From NCBI GenBank assembly GCA_947258975.1, contig CAMYKK010000010.1, forward strand, positions 8,006 to 72,005: DNA of 64,000 nucleotides. Reading direction: 5' to 3'. Below the pieces are notes generated by a model. The model searched no databases. It was not told the DNA's origin and saw only the letters and a list, made by a program, of their open reading frames with translations. Below, piece by piece: positions 1 to 9,190 of this stretch (the stretch's first letter is position 1; each line of letters begins with the position of its first letter). Origin of the DNA: an uncultured Gammaproteobacteria bacterium (GTDB taxonomy: Bacteria > Pseudomonadota > Gammaproteobacteria > Arenicellales > JAANXG01). The position numbers and the translations under genes were made by a program.

Positions 1-41
1 AGTTCTCCGGGGTCTAAACTTTTTTTCTGGAGGTAGGGGTT

Positions 42-1070
42 ATGTATTCAAGTGGTCATTCACGCATTCTTGGCATCGGAATCTATCTGCCCGACAATCG
101 GGTGACTTCCGCAGAACTAATGGATGAAATCAAAGCAAAGGAACGTTTCGGCCTTGCCAGCAGTTGGCTCGAACGCGCTACCGGAATTCGTGAACGACGC
201 ATCGCCGATACCGGCATGATGCCGTCCCAAATCGCCACCCGGGCCGCCGACGACGCGATGGAACGCAGCGCCATCTCACCCTCGCAGATCGATGTCGTCG
301 TTTACGCGGGTATGAACCGGGACTACCTAGAGCCCGCGACGGCGCACATCGTGCAAGACGCCGTGGGCGCAAAACGCGCGGTGTGTTTCGACATCACCAA
401 CGCCTGTCATGGATTCATGAACGCCATCCATGTAGTGGACTCATTCATCGCCTCCGGTCAGGCGCGCACCGGACTCATTGTTACCGGTGAAGAGAACTGG
501 CGGGTCGGGCGCACTGCTCTGGAGTGCTTAAAAAAATGCCGCGATCGCGCGGAATTCAACCGGCTCGTGGGGGGGCTCACGGTGGGTGACGCCGGTGCGG
601 CCATGATCATCGGCCCGAAAACCGATCCTCAGGGGGGATTCGCCGGACTGATGTTGGAATCTCAGGGCCGTTTCAACCAGTTGTGCGTGTTCTCCGAGCG
701 GGAAGATCAGCCCCCCGGACACATGGATATGGTCGGAATCGTCAAAGAGCACATTCAACTGCACGCGGACATGTATCCAGAGTTCATGCACCGGCTGCAA
801 TGGCAGCCCGAAGAAATAAAGAAGTTCGTTCATCACCAAGTTGGCCGCAAGGTATTTGCGCTGCATGCGAAATACTCCGGCGTACCGCAGGAGCGGATGA
901 CCGACACCGTCTCGCGCTTGGGCAATATTACGTCGGCAACCATCCCCGTCAATTTACGGCTGCTGGCGGAACAGCATGACATTGCGGAGGGTGAAAAGAT
1001 ATTCATTGCCGGCGCCGGCAGCGGTCTGTCCGTGAGTCAAGGCGGCCTGCTGTGGCAGGACGCCGCCTAA
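42..1070 (+). CDS. 3-oxoacyl-ACP synthase III (FabH/KAS III-like) condensing enzyme
   Basis: 342-aa ORF. Shows the KAS III catalytic contexts NACHGF (Cys), HHQVG (His) and GNITSATIP (Asn). Confidence 0.8.
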   Translation: MYSSGHSRILGIGIYLPDNRVTSAELMDEIKAKERFGLASSWLERATGIRERRIADTGMMPSQIATRAADDAMERSAISPSQIDVVVYAGMNRDYLEPATAHIVQDAVGAKRAVCFDITNACHGFMNAIHVVDSFIASGQARTGLIVTGEENWRVGRTALECLKKCRDRAEFNRLVGGLTVGDAGAAMIIGPKTDPQGGFAGLMLESQGRFNQLCVFSEREDQPPGHMDMVGIVKEHIQLHADMYPEFMHRLQWQPEEIKKFVHHQVGRKVFALHAKYSGVPQERMTDTVSRLGNITSATIPVNLRLLAEQHDIAEGEKIFIAGAGSGLSVSQGGLLWQDAA

Positions 1071-1154
1071 AAACTAACACATTCCGATAATCGGTGAGAT
1101 AGTCACTTTACCGGGGCCCGGCGAGTACTCTAAACTATTACAAACAATAATAGG

Positions 1155-3803
1155 GTGTCTGACATAGTCAGCATAGTTGCCATTCCCTACCAACCATGTA
1201 TGGAATTAACTACGCAAACAATAGTAATTTCTCCGCTTCTGGTATCGACGCCTGCCATGATCGCACTGCTGATCAAGGGGGGCATCTACTGGTATGCCAG
1301 ACATTCGCCCACTCATAATTACCACACGCGGCTTTTTCTATTTTTCCTGTTCGCACTATCCGTACAAAACATCGCCGAGATCAGTCACTTCTATGTGTTG
1401 GCAAGCGGTGTCATTCCCGACTTCTCGGTCAGGATTTATTACATCGCAAGTATTGCCGCGGCGGCCTTGCTGTTACATCTGTCCATCGCCGTGTCGTGGA
1501 GACGCCCGTCGACCAACGCCGCTCGCGGGTTATACGGTTTTTGGCATCTGTATGCAGGCGCGTTGATTGTCTTGCTGGCATCCGGCGGTTCGCTGATCCG
1601 GGGATTCGAACCCATTGGGTACACCGTCACCCGCGTGCCTGGCCCGCTCTTCGCGCTGCTGGAGATTTTTATCCTCAGCACGTGTGGACTGGCCCTGGTG
1701 TTCTTCTCCTTCGGCATGTGCGCTCAGAAAACCCCGCATAAACGCGCGCAAAACGCCCTGCTGTTGATGGGGGTAGTGCCCATAATCGCTATCGTAGCCG
1801 TGGTCTTGACACTGCTCCATTTTGGTATCAAGTGGTTAAATGCTTCGGTGATTCTCCCCATGGGAATTACCTTCTTTTTGGCGGTCGCCGCCTACGCGAC
1901 TCACCATCACAGGATCTTCGATATTAGTTTCTACGTTCCGTGGTCTAAGGTTCGCCGCAGGAAAATAAAACTCCATGGCGGTATCCGCAGGCTCGTCGCA
2001 GAGATCGCAGAGTTAGCCACGGTGGAACAGTTGGTCGACAAGCTGTCCCAAACCCTGCAGTGCCCGGTGTCGCTCGTGAACTCCTTCGCCCCTGTATCCG
2101 CGGGAGGCGACGCGCCGCGGATGATAAAGATCAGCCGGCCAACCCTCAACAAAATTCAAGAGATCACAGTAGCACGTGAAATCGCGGCCAGCGATCCGGA
2201 GACTCATGGAGAAATGGCAACTCATGGAATTGCCGCGGTGGTGCCGTTTAATCCAAGGTGCACCGATCTTAACGGGTGGTTGCTGCTTGGGGAGACGTTT
2301 GAGCGCAACGTCTACTCCAATGCGGACTTTCGTGTCGTCGAAGAATTGTTCCACAAAACTTCCGAGGTTTTTCTGGACAAATTCACCGCCCTGAGATCAA
2401 AGCTGCGCGCCGCCGATGAAGAAATCAAAACACTGCGGGCCGAGAATGAAACGCTCAAGACCAGCTTGAAAACAATGCAACAATCCGTTGTTGCGTCTAA
2501 AGACAATGTACTGCCCGCAGATAATGAAAGCGTGGGTGCAGACATCGCACACGCCGCCCGTGCGTCGGATTCCAGCCTTTCGCTATCGATCACCTTACTC
2601 GGAAGAGACAAAGACGTGGCCCGCCTCTTACGTGATCACTTTCGCGACGTAAAGACCTATGTCGGTGCGTCGTCAAAAGCATTTCAACGTGCCGGGCAGC
2701 CGCAGGCACTCGTTTGCAACTTGGATCAGGAACAGCCGGGGCTGGCCGCCTTACTCGGTAAATGGAAGACTTCGACGGCGGTTATCCTGTATGGAAGGTA
2801 TGCGCGGGAATTTGCGAACCAGCACAACAGCACTCTTAGTGGCGGCCTGATTGACATCATCGATAGTGGTGTGTCCCCGGCAGTAATGGTGCAACGAATT
2901 CGCGCACTTTGCCACCTGCACAAACAATGTTATTTCCTGGGAAGCCAGGACGCACCACTGATCGGTGCGAGCCCCGCATTTAATTCCTACATGCGGCGTC
3001 TCCAGTTTTTATCGCGTTTTGCCGAACCGGCTTTGATTTGCTATGAAAGCGATTCCCAACAATTCATAGAATCGGTCCATTACATCCACGAATTCGGCAA
3101 TCGCGACGGCCAAGCGATCAGCGTCGACCCGATGAATCTAAAAAACCTTTCTCTCGATCTGGATGATCATGGCACGATTGCGGTGCCGGACCTGGATCCT
3201 GAGTCTGCAGAGTCAAAGAGGTTGATGCAACTCTTGCGGACCCCTGTGGACAACAAGGTTCGATTTGTCATTGGCTACGCGAACAAGAATTTGGACATGC
3301 TGCCTGACGACTGGGAAAAAGCAGTTCATGGTTTCTCTGCGATCATGCCGACACTCGCAGAGCGCATGACGGATATTCCGCTATTGGTCCATTATTTTGG
3401 ACTGCAGTTCAATCTTCACTCCCCGGTGCGGGTTACGTGCGACGATGACGATCTGCAGGCAATTACCGGATCCGAGGCACTGTTGAGCGTTGACACGCTG
3501 CAGTTTGCGACTTTTGAACATCTGTCCGGCAAAGGACAGCAAACAATGCAACGGGACGCCGCGCAACTGGTGGCGGAGCTAGATATGGGCGTAACCGATC
3601 GATCACTCGATGACATGGTGGGCGAATTCGAAGCGCAGATCATCGAGCAAACATTGCGCCGTTGCGAAGGGAACAAATCCAGGGCGGCAAGACTGCTGGG
3701 ACTGCGCCCCAACACCCTGCATTACAAGCTCGAACGCCACGGAATCGGTACCACGACCCGGCGGCGCCGGCGACCACGCAAAACCGGCATCGACAACCTC
3801 TAA
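1155..3803 (+). CDS. Membrane-anchored Fis-HTH regulator with a degenerate sigma-54-activator (AAA+) core
   Basis: 882 aa with a GTG start. About 7 hydrophobic helices in the first ~270 aa, then a GAF-like region and a coiled coil. The segment LIGASPAF...VRFVIGYANKNLDML...IPLLVHYF is collinear with the EBP central domain. The C-terminus is an HTH_8-like EQTLRRCEGNKSRAARLLGLRPNTLHYKLERHGI. Walker A, Walker B and GAFTGA are not recognisable. Confidence 0.6.
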   Translation: MSDIVSIVAIPYQPCMELTTQTIVISPLLVSTPAMIALLIKGGIYWYARHSPTHNYHTRLFLFFLFALSVQNIAEISHFYVLASGVIPDFSVRIYYIASIAAAALLLHLSIAVSWRRPSTNAARGLYGFWHLYAGALIVLLASGGSLIRGFEPIGYTVTRVPGPLFALLEIFILSTCGLALVFFSFGMCAQKTPHKRAQNALLLMGVVPIIAIVAVVLTLLHFGIKWLNASVILPMGITFFLAVAAYATHHHRIFDISFYVPWSKVRRRKIKLHGGIRRLVAEIAELATVEQLVDKLSQTLQCPVSLVNSFAPVSAGGDAPRMIKISRPTLNKIQEITVAREIAASDPETHGEMATHGIAAVVPFNPRCTDLNGWLLLGETFERNVYSNADFRVVEELFHKTSEVFLDKFTALRSKLRAADEEIKTLRAENETLKTSLKTMQQSVVASKDNVLPADNESVGADIAHAARASDSSLSLSITLLGRDKDVARLLRDHFRDVKTYVGASSKAFQRAGQPQALVCNLDQEQPGLAALLGKWKTSTAVILYGRYAREFANQHNSTLSGGLIDIIDSGVSPAVMVQRIRALCHLHKQCYFLGSQDAPLIGASPAFNSYMRRLQFLSRFAEPALICYESDSQQFIESVHYIHEFGNRDGQAISVDPMNLKNLSLDLDDHGTIAVPDLDPESAESKRLMQLLRTPVDNKVRFVIGYANKNLDMLPDDWEKAVHGFSAIMPTLAERMTDIPLLVHYFGLQFNLHSPVRVTCDDDDLQAITGSEALLSVDTLQFATFEHLSGKGQQTMQRDAAQLVAELDMGVTDRSLDDMVGEFEAQIIEQTLRRCEGNKSRAARLLGLRPNTLHYKLERHGIGTTTRRRRRPRKTGIDNL

Positions 3804-3847
3804 CCCGCATTTCTTGCCAGGATCCCGGATGCTTGAAAAAGGGGGGT

Positions 3848-4023
3848 CGAATGGCACTTACTTGAGGGATCACGACACGCTGAACCGAGTGACAATTCCC
3901 GGGACACGCCGTCAAACCCTTCATGTAGGCTCGGCGCCAGCATCCTTGCTGGCGACGGTCCCGGAAATTCTCCGTCAATTCAGCACTTCTTTGCCTCTGC
4001 AGGGCTTAAGTAAGTGCCATTCG
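3848..4023 (+). ncRNA. Candidate structured RNA (rod-like, 6S-RNA-like architecture) or MITE-like inverted-repeat element
   Basis: A perfect 16-nt inverted repeat, CGAATGGCACTTACTT at 3848-3863 and 4008-4023, closes a 176-nt segment. Internal helices are 3879-3884/3979-3984, 3896-3905/3958-3966 (one bulged C), and an apical hairpin 3935-3941/3948-3954. It is intergenic and immediately followed by a terminator. Confidence 0.3.
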
Positions 4024-4055
4024 GGTCAGAGTCTGTGACTCCGACCCCGTTTTTT
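4023..4055 (+). terminator. Rho-independent terminator
   Basis: Stem GGGTCAGAGTC (4023-4033) pairs with GACTCCGACCC (4037-4047) with one mismatch, followed by TTTTTT at 4050-4055. Confidence 0.6.
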
Positions 4056-4163
4056 CCGATTCCCGCCGCCAAACGGAGCTGACCCCTTTGCCGCGGGCAT
4101 CTGGCCTCGCCCCGATAGCAACCCTATAATCCTTTGGGAGACAACCCATTGGGGGAGTTGAGA

Positions 4164-4913
4164 ATGGACCAGAGTATCGCAACATCCAAACTTGCTGCGG
4201 ACTACCCGGGCATCGAGGGTTTCTATTTTTTGGGAGTACGCGGCGAATTCGGTTACATCACCGCCGACGGACACACACATCGCAAAGAGACATTTCCCCA
4301 AATCGACGACCCGGACTTTCTGGCACAGCATCCCCACTTCATGGAAGAGCTGCGTCACTTCACCCACGATCTCAATGCGTTGCGGGTACGCTATCTGGAC
4401 GCCCACGAACCGGATATCGAGTTGGGCTTTGTGCGGCCCACCGACGCGGGCGAGTTTCCGTGGCGTTGCGCCACATTGGTGCTACAAAGGGATGTATTGG
4501 ACACCTTGAACGCAGACTATGACGCGTTGTTGTCAGCCGGCGTCAAAGATCCCTCCGCGACGTCGGTGGACCACGAGTCATTGCAAGACATGCGCGGCAT
4601 CCAGCACGGCTTGGACGATCTCGCCAATCACGCGGATAACTTCGGCGTATACCACTACTTTCCCCTGCTCTTCTATTGGCCGCCGTCGATGCGGGCCGGC
4701 GTGCGTGGACTGTCCCCGGACGTGGCAATCGCGCCGATGCGGGTTCTGAACCTCATGTGGCGCCCCGCGGAATCCGGTTACGGCGATGATGCGGGGGTCG
4801 CGCGAGACCATGGCCGCTGCTCAACGGTGTATACCGTCCTGCGGAGCAATCTCCAGGTGCACGGAGCCATTGATCGCAACCGGCGGGTCGAGAACAGGTT
4901 CCAGATTGAGTAA
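4164..4913 (+). CDS. Hypothetical protein (no family recognised)
   Basis: The ORF frame is open from 4134. The ATG at 4164 is preceded by GGGGGAG (4151-4157), and a TATAAT lies at 4125-4130. No motif recognised. Confidence 0.55.
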   Translation: MDQSIATSKLAADYPGIEGFYFLGVRGEFGYITADGHTHRKETFPQIDDPDFLAQHPHFMEELRHFTHDLNALRVRYLDAHEPDIELGFVRPTDAGEFPWRCATLVLQRDVLDTLNADYDALLSAGVKDPSATSVDHESLQDMRGIQHGLDDLANHADNFGVYHYFPLLFYWPPSMRAGVRGLSPDVAIAPMRVLNLMWRPAESGYGDDAGVARDHGRCSTVYTVLRSNLQVHGAIDRNRRVENRFQIE

Positions 4914-4970
4914 CGCGGTGTTCGAAACCGAGCCGTATGGTGTACCGAGTTAGCTGAACGATCTCACCTG

Positions 4971-5549
4971 ATGGCTGTCGCACAACCGCTCGCACGGGCC
5001 CGACTCCTGCTCGTCGCGTTCGTAGCCGAAGGCGTGGTCTTTGGTTGCGCGCTTCTCCTGGCGGCATGGTTACAGATCGACATCGATCCCGCACCCAGTG
5101 ACGTCGCGCGCGAACTATCTATTGGCTTGCTGGCGACTGCACCGCTGGTTGTACTGTTTATCGCCATGATGTCGGACTACGGCGACCGCATCAAGGTGTT
5201 GGGTGGCTTAAGGCGGATAATGCTCCAGGATGTTCGGCGTGTATTCCTACACGCGCGATTTGTCGACCTGCTTGCGATCGCGGTGTCTGCTGGTGTTGCA
5301 GAGGAGATGCTGTTCCGCGGCGTGCTGCAGACTGAACTCGGCCTACTGCCCGCGAGCATTCTGTTTGGACTGGTCCACTTCGTCACCCCGGCTTACGCCG
5401 TTGTTGCGACGCTCATGGGACTATACATCGGTTGGCTATACAGTGTCTTCGAGAGCCTGTTCGCGGTGATCCTGCTCCACGCACTGTACGATCTATACGC
5501 CCTCGCCTATATCCGCTATCAAACCGTGCGAACATATTCCAAACCTTGA
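4971..5549 (+). CDS. CPBP (CAAX/Abi) family intramembrane metalloprotease
   Basis: Multi-TM 192-aa protein with the motifs EEMLFRG, FGLVHF and LLHALYD. Confidence 0.8.
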   Translation: MAVAQPLARARLLLVAFVAEGVVFGCALLLAAWLQIDIDPAPSDVARELSIGLLATAPLVVLFIAMMSDYGDRIKVLGGLRRIMLQDVRRVFLHARFVDLLAIAVSAGVAEEMLFRGVLQTELGLLPASILFGLVHFVTPAYAVVATLMGLYIGWLYSVFESLFAVILLHALYDLYALAYIRYQTVRTYSKP

Positions 5550-5589
5550 CTTGCGGCTTTACCGTGTTATCACGGCCGATTCCACACAT

Positions 5590-7140
5590 TCAACCGGTTA
5601 ACGCCGCCTGCGATGATTGATGGCCTGCCTGCAGCTTGATGTTCAGCATGCGCATGGTGGCATTGATGCCGGCCAACACCTGGTTGGTGTTGACACCACG
5701 GGTCTTCATGGTCGAAGACCCATCCTGCCAGGTGATGAAGCACTCGGTCAGCGCACTGGTACTGCCGCCCTGTGGAATCCTGATTTCGTAATCCACCAGT
5801 TGCGGAAAATCGAAGTCCTGTTCATCCAGGACCTTGCGAATGGCCACGATGAACGCGTCGAAACCGCCGTTACCCGAGCCGGACGAGCGGCAAATATCAT
5901 CGTACAGGCGCACCCGGATACTCACCGTGGATTCCAGGTCAAGGCCACTGTTGATCGAACAGTTGAGCAATTCTATGTGGTTGTAGTCTTTACCCTCCAA
6001 AATATCGGCGATGATGAATGGTAAATCCTCCGCCGTTACAATCGCCTTGGAATCCCCCAGTTGCACGACACGCTCCAGCAATCTGGCCTTGTCTTCTTCG
6101 GACAGGCTGATGCCCAATGCATCCAGATTCTTCTGCAACGACGCCTTGCCGCTCATCTTACCCAACGCATAGATCCGTTTGCGGCCGAATCGCTCCGGGC
6201 TGAGCACGGTTTGGTACAGATCGCCCTTGTGATCCCCGTCCGCGTGGATACCGCTGGTCTGGGTAAAGACATCGGCGCCGATGATGGGCGCGTTCTCCGC
6301 TACCCGCTTTCCGGAAAAGTTCTCCACCATCTGGCTCAGGGTGTAAATCTTGGACTCGTCGATCGCAAGGCTCATGCCCATCTTGTCGCGCAATACCACG
6401 ATCACCTCCGCAAGAGATACATTTCCCGCCCGCTCGCCGAGACAATTCAACGTGCAGTGTATGGTGGATACCCCAGCCTTTACTGCCATCATGACGTTGG
6501 CCGTGGCCAGGCCGTAATCGTTGTGGGGATGGAAATCGAATTGCACCTCGGGAAAGCGGCCAATCATGTTGGACAAGCTGTCGTACACCTCATCCGGCAT
6601 CATCACCCCCAAGGTATCCGGCAACATGACATGAGCTATGCCGATGCCGTCCAGGCCCTCCACGATGCGGTACACGTAGTCCCGGTTGTCGCGGTATCCG
6701 TTCGACCAATCTTCAAGGTAGATATTCACCTTGAGGCCCTGCTCCTTGGCATAGGCGACGGTGTGTCGAATATCCGCAAGGTGCTGATCCAGGCTGCGGC
6801 GCAATTGCTCCCGGCAATGTTTCTCGCTCCCCTTGGCCAACAGATTGAGCACCTTGCCGCCGGTACCGGTGATCCAGTCAACACTGCGTGTCCGGTCAAC
6901 GAAGCCCAACACTTCGACGCTGTCCAGCATACCCTCACCGGCGGCCCACTGATTGATTTTAGTCACCGCTTGGCGCTCCCCCTCCGACACCCCAACGGAG
7001 GCAACCTCCGCGCGCTCCACGCGCAGGGATGTCAACAATGCCTTGGCAATGCTGACTTTCTCATCCTGGGAAAATGAAACACCACGGGTCTGTTCACCGT
7101 CCCGCAGTGTTGTATCCATTAGTTGAATATGGCGGCTCAT
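5590..7140 (-). CDS. cimA: (R)-citramalate synthase (Leptospira/Geobacter-type CimA, LeuA family)
   Basis: 516 aa. Carries LRDGEQTRGVSFS, LEDWSNG, HPHNDYGLA, FGRKRIYALGKMSGKAS and DLPFIIAD, plus a LeuA-dimer-like C-terminal regulatory domain. From memory it is closer to CimA than to E. coli LeuA. Confidence 0.85.
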   Translation of the reverse strand: MSRHIQLMDTTLRDGEQTRGVSFSQDEKVSIAKALLTSLRVERAEVASVGVSEGERQAVTKINQWAAGEGMLDSVEVLGFVDRTRSVDWITGTGGKVLNLLAKGSEKHCREQLRRSLDQHLADIRHTVAYAKEQGLKVNIYLEDWSNGYRDNRDYVYRIVEGLDGIGIAHVMLPDTLGVMMPDEVYDSLSNMIGRFPEVQFDFHPHNDYGLATANVMMAVKAGVSTIHCTLNCLGERAGNVSLAEVIVVLRDKMGMSLAIDESKIYTLSQMVENFSGKRVAENAPIIGADVFTQTSGIHADGDHKGDLYQTVLSPERFGRKRIYALGKMSGKASLQKNLDALGISLSEEDKARLLERVVQLGDSKAIVTAEDLPFIIADILEGKDYNHIELLNCSINSGLDLESTVSIRVRLYDDICRSSGSGNGGFDAFIVAIRKVLDEQDFDFPQLVDYEIRIPQGGSTSALTECFITWQDGSSTMKTRGVNTNQVLAGINATMRMLNIKLQAGHQSSQAALTG

Positions 7141-7287
7141 GGTACCGGGCAGATCTCACTGTCGATGAACGAAGGTTCCTGTACAAGGCCCTGGATTGTA
7201 GCCGAATTCTAATCGAATTGGTTCATGGCGGACACCGGGTGCGGGCTGCGTACAGCGGTGCCCGCCGGTGCCCGTCGTGTCACGACT

Positions 7288-7360
7288 ATCGCGGCTTCAA
7301 GCCGCTCCCACCGATGGCATCCTGAGGCCGCTCCTACCGATGGCATCCTGAAGCCGCACG
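7288..7360. repeat. REP-like element plus 26-nt tandem units carrying the GCCGCTCCCAC core
   Basis: ATCGCGGCTTCAAGCCGCTCCCAC lies at 7288-7311. Units 7301-7326 and 7327-7352 differ at 2 of 26 positions, and a third partial unit starts at 7353. Confidence 0.8.
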
Positions 7361-7423
7361 CAGCCAAAGGATCTAACCCGCATAGTGCCGCACCAAGGCC
7401 GCGAAAAGAGGCGCTAACGGGGG

Positions 7424-9190
7424 CTAATTGCGAACGACGATGTCTCCAGTCATCTCGATGCCACGCTCGGTGATGTCCAGCTGACCTTGATACACGGCGT
7501 TGATCGACTGCAGCGCTTCCAGCAAGCGGCGCTCCTTGGGCGCGTATCGAGGGCCTTGATAGGGTCCCACTGCATTCGCCAGCAGCTTGAAGTAAGACCG
7601 GTAGTCGAATTTGTAGTACAAGAGTCCGTTGGCCTCGAGCTTACCGCGCCCAATCGCCCTGGCGAGACGTCCCGCCCCGGCGCCTGCAAAGGCCGTCAGA
7701 TGATCCCCTGACAACGCCAATTTCAGCGGTAAACGCAGGTGCCCACCGGCCAGCGGAATCGGCAACCACGCGTCAACCGCCGTACCGTCTTCAGGGAGGT
7801 CGATCCGGCCCAGTCCGGGAATCGCGCCCGCGTTTTCCAATAGCCGCCATGGTTCTTCTGCGGATACAGCGAGCACGGCGTCAAGCCTATTCAATTTGAG
7901 GCCGCCGCCCGCACCATCCATGTCTAGGTCCAACAAACCAAAGCTCACTCCCTTTATGCCCTGCCCCATCGCGGCGCCAACGGTCACCGTCATCGACGCC
8001 GAGGCGGCGTTCTTGCCCCATTGGTTCAACGGCGCTAAAGCAGGACATTCGTAATGCCACTGTTTCATGTACCGCACCAGCTCCCCGGTGACTCGTCCCA
8101 GATTGCCGATGTCAAGGCCCAACGCAAAGGCGAACTCGGTATCTTCGTGGTCAATCAACGAGCGCGGAAGGTGGCCCCTCAATCTGCGCAGGGTTTCGAG
8201 AAGCTCCGGAGCGTCGATCTCAACGACGGAATGAAACTCGCTCGCGATACCGTCGTCGGTGAGTTCCATATTTCGGTATCCCGCCACTGTTCGCGGCCAG
8301 ATTCGCGCAATGCTTTCGAATTCTTTCGCACACGTTGGGTTGCGCAGAAGTTTTATCCCCTCCGCATGTGCCGTGCCGGCGAGCAACTTGGCCACAGTGC
8401 GGCCAGCTTGATTCTCCGCAGAAGTCAGCGCGGCAAGAATGGCCTGATGATTCAGCACGAAGGTCCCTAACGAGGAGTATTCGTATTGTTGATTCAGTCT
8501 TCTTATCTGATCTGTTTCCGCAATTGAGGACGCGGGCTTGGTCGCACCAATTGCGGTGGATAGCGCCTCCGAATCGCCGAGATCAACGATGAATGCCACA
8601 TCGGTGCCGTTCCCGGCCACCACCAGGGAGGGATGATCCGTGCCGGGAATCAACGGATAGGCTCTATACTCCACACCCCCAAGATTGCGCACCAACGGCG
8701 TTGCTCGCGCGTTGTGCTCGATGCCGGCAACCGTGCGGTCAAAGGCCGATTTGTCCGCGACCTGTATCCGCATTACGGGAACGAGCCCTACGGTATAGAA
8801 CGTTGCATTAAACTCATCGGCGAGTCCTAGTTGGCCGAGCAGTTCCGCAGGATCATCGAGATGGTCAAAATAAAATACCAACAGTTCACCGAGCATCCGC
8901 ACGCCGTCTGCCGCACTTTCCAGGCCCAACTGTTCATAGATCTGCTGCACGTCACCGTGCGCGAGCCACTGGGTGGATTCCAATCCAGACTGCTCCAACA
9001 TTTTACGGACCGGAACCGGTTCCAGCCCCCCGGCGAACATCAGCGTGTCCGCCGGCACCAGATCGAGGTGGGCGTTGGCCACGCCCGGACCGCCACTGCT
9101 ACCGGAACCGATGTAATACGCGGACCCGGCCACGGCCAGGACCCCTAAGACGAGGAATAAAGCCCTGTTAATCGTCACACTATATGCCAT
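7424..9190 (-). CDS. Hypothetical exported protein
   Basis: 588-aa ORF with an N-terminal hydrophobic signal/anchor (ALFLVLGVLAVAGSA). No catalytic motif recognised. Confidence 0.6.
   Translation of the reverse strand: MAYSVTINRALFLVLGVLAVAGSAYYIGSGSSGGPGVANAHLDLVPADTLMFAGGLEPVPVRKMLEQSGLESTQWLAHGDVQQIYEQLGLESAADGVRMLGELLVFYFDHLDDPAELLGQLGLADEFNATFYTVGLVPVMRIQVADKSAFDRTVAGIEHNARATPLVRNLGGVEYRAYPLIPGTDHPSLVVAGNGTDVAFIVDLGDSEALSTAIGATKPASSIAETDQIRRLNQQYEYSSLGTFVLNHQAILAALTSAENQAGRTVAKLLAGTAHAEGIKLLRNPTCAKEFESIARIWPRTVAGYRNMELTDDGIASEFHSVVEIDAPELLETLRRLRGHLPRSLIDHEDTEFAFALGLDIGNLGRVTGELVRYMKQWHYECPALAPLNQWGKNAASASMTVTVGAAMGQGIKGVSFGLLDLDMDGAGGGLKLNRLDAVLAVSAEEPWRLLENAGAIPGLGRIDLPEDGTAVDAWLPIPLAGGHLRLPLKLALSGDHLTAFAGAGAGRLARAIGRGKLEANGLLYYKFDYRSYFKLLANAVGPYQGPRYAPKERRLLEALQSINAVYQGQLDITERGIEMTGDIVVRN

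Noticed and set aside
1601-1613. tRNA T-loop-like string GGGATTCGAACCC (reverse complement GGGTTCGAATCCC)
   Set aside because: It lies inside the 882-aa CDS (coding RGFEPIG). The flanking bases do not form a T-arm or an acceptor stem.
3851-3866. Sigma-54 -24/-12-like TGGCAC-N-TTGA, located next to a sigma-54-activator-like gene
   Set aside because: The GG-to-GC spacing is one nt short and the -12 GC is GA. The TGGCAC belongs to the 16-nt inverted repeat and recurs as its complement at 4008-4023.
6061-7077. Long antisense ORFs inside real genes (6061-7077 in cimA, 44893-46008 and 45203-45724 in copA, 47479-48231 in the CDF, 30580-31074 Pro-rich, 54079-54705 in the MscK-like gene)
   Set aside because: These are typical shadow ORFs of GC-rich DNA. 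Their sequences are low-complexity (Arg/Pro/Gly-rich), and the opposite strand encodes clearly recognisable proteins.
7301-7352. Possible CRISPR-like arrays (26-nt periodic repeats at 7301 and 22729, 28-bp tandem at 30729)
   Set aside because: There are only 2-3 units. At 7301 the 14-nt stretch between cores is itself part of the duplicated unit, so it is not a unique spacer. The period is far too short, and no cas genes are present.
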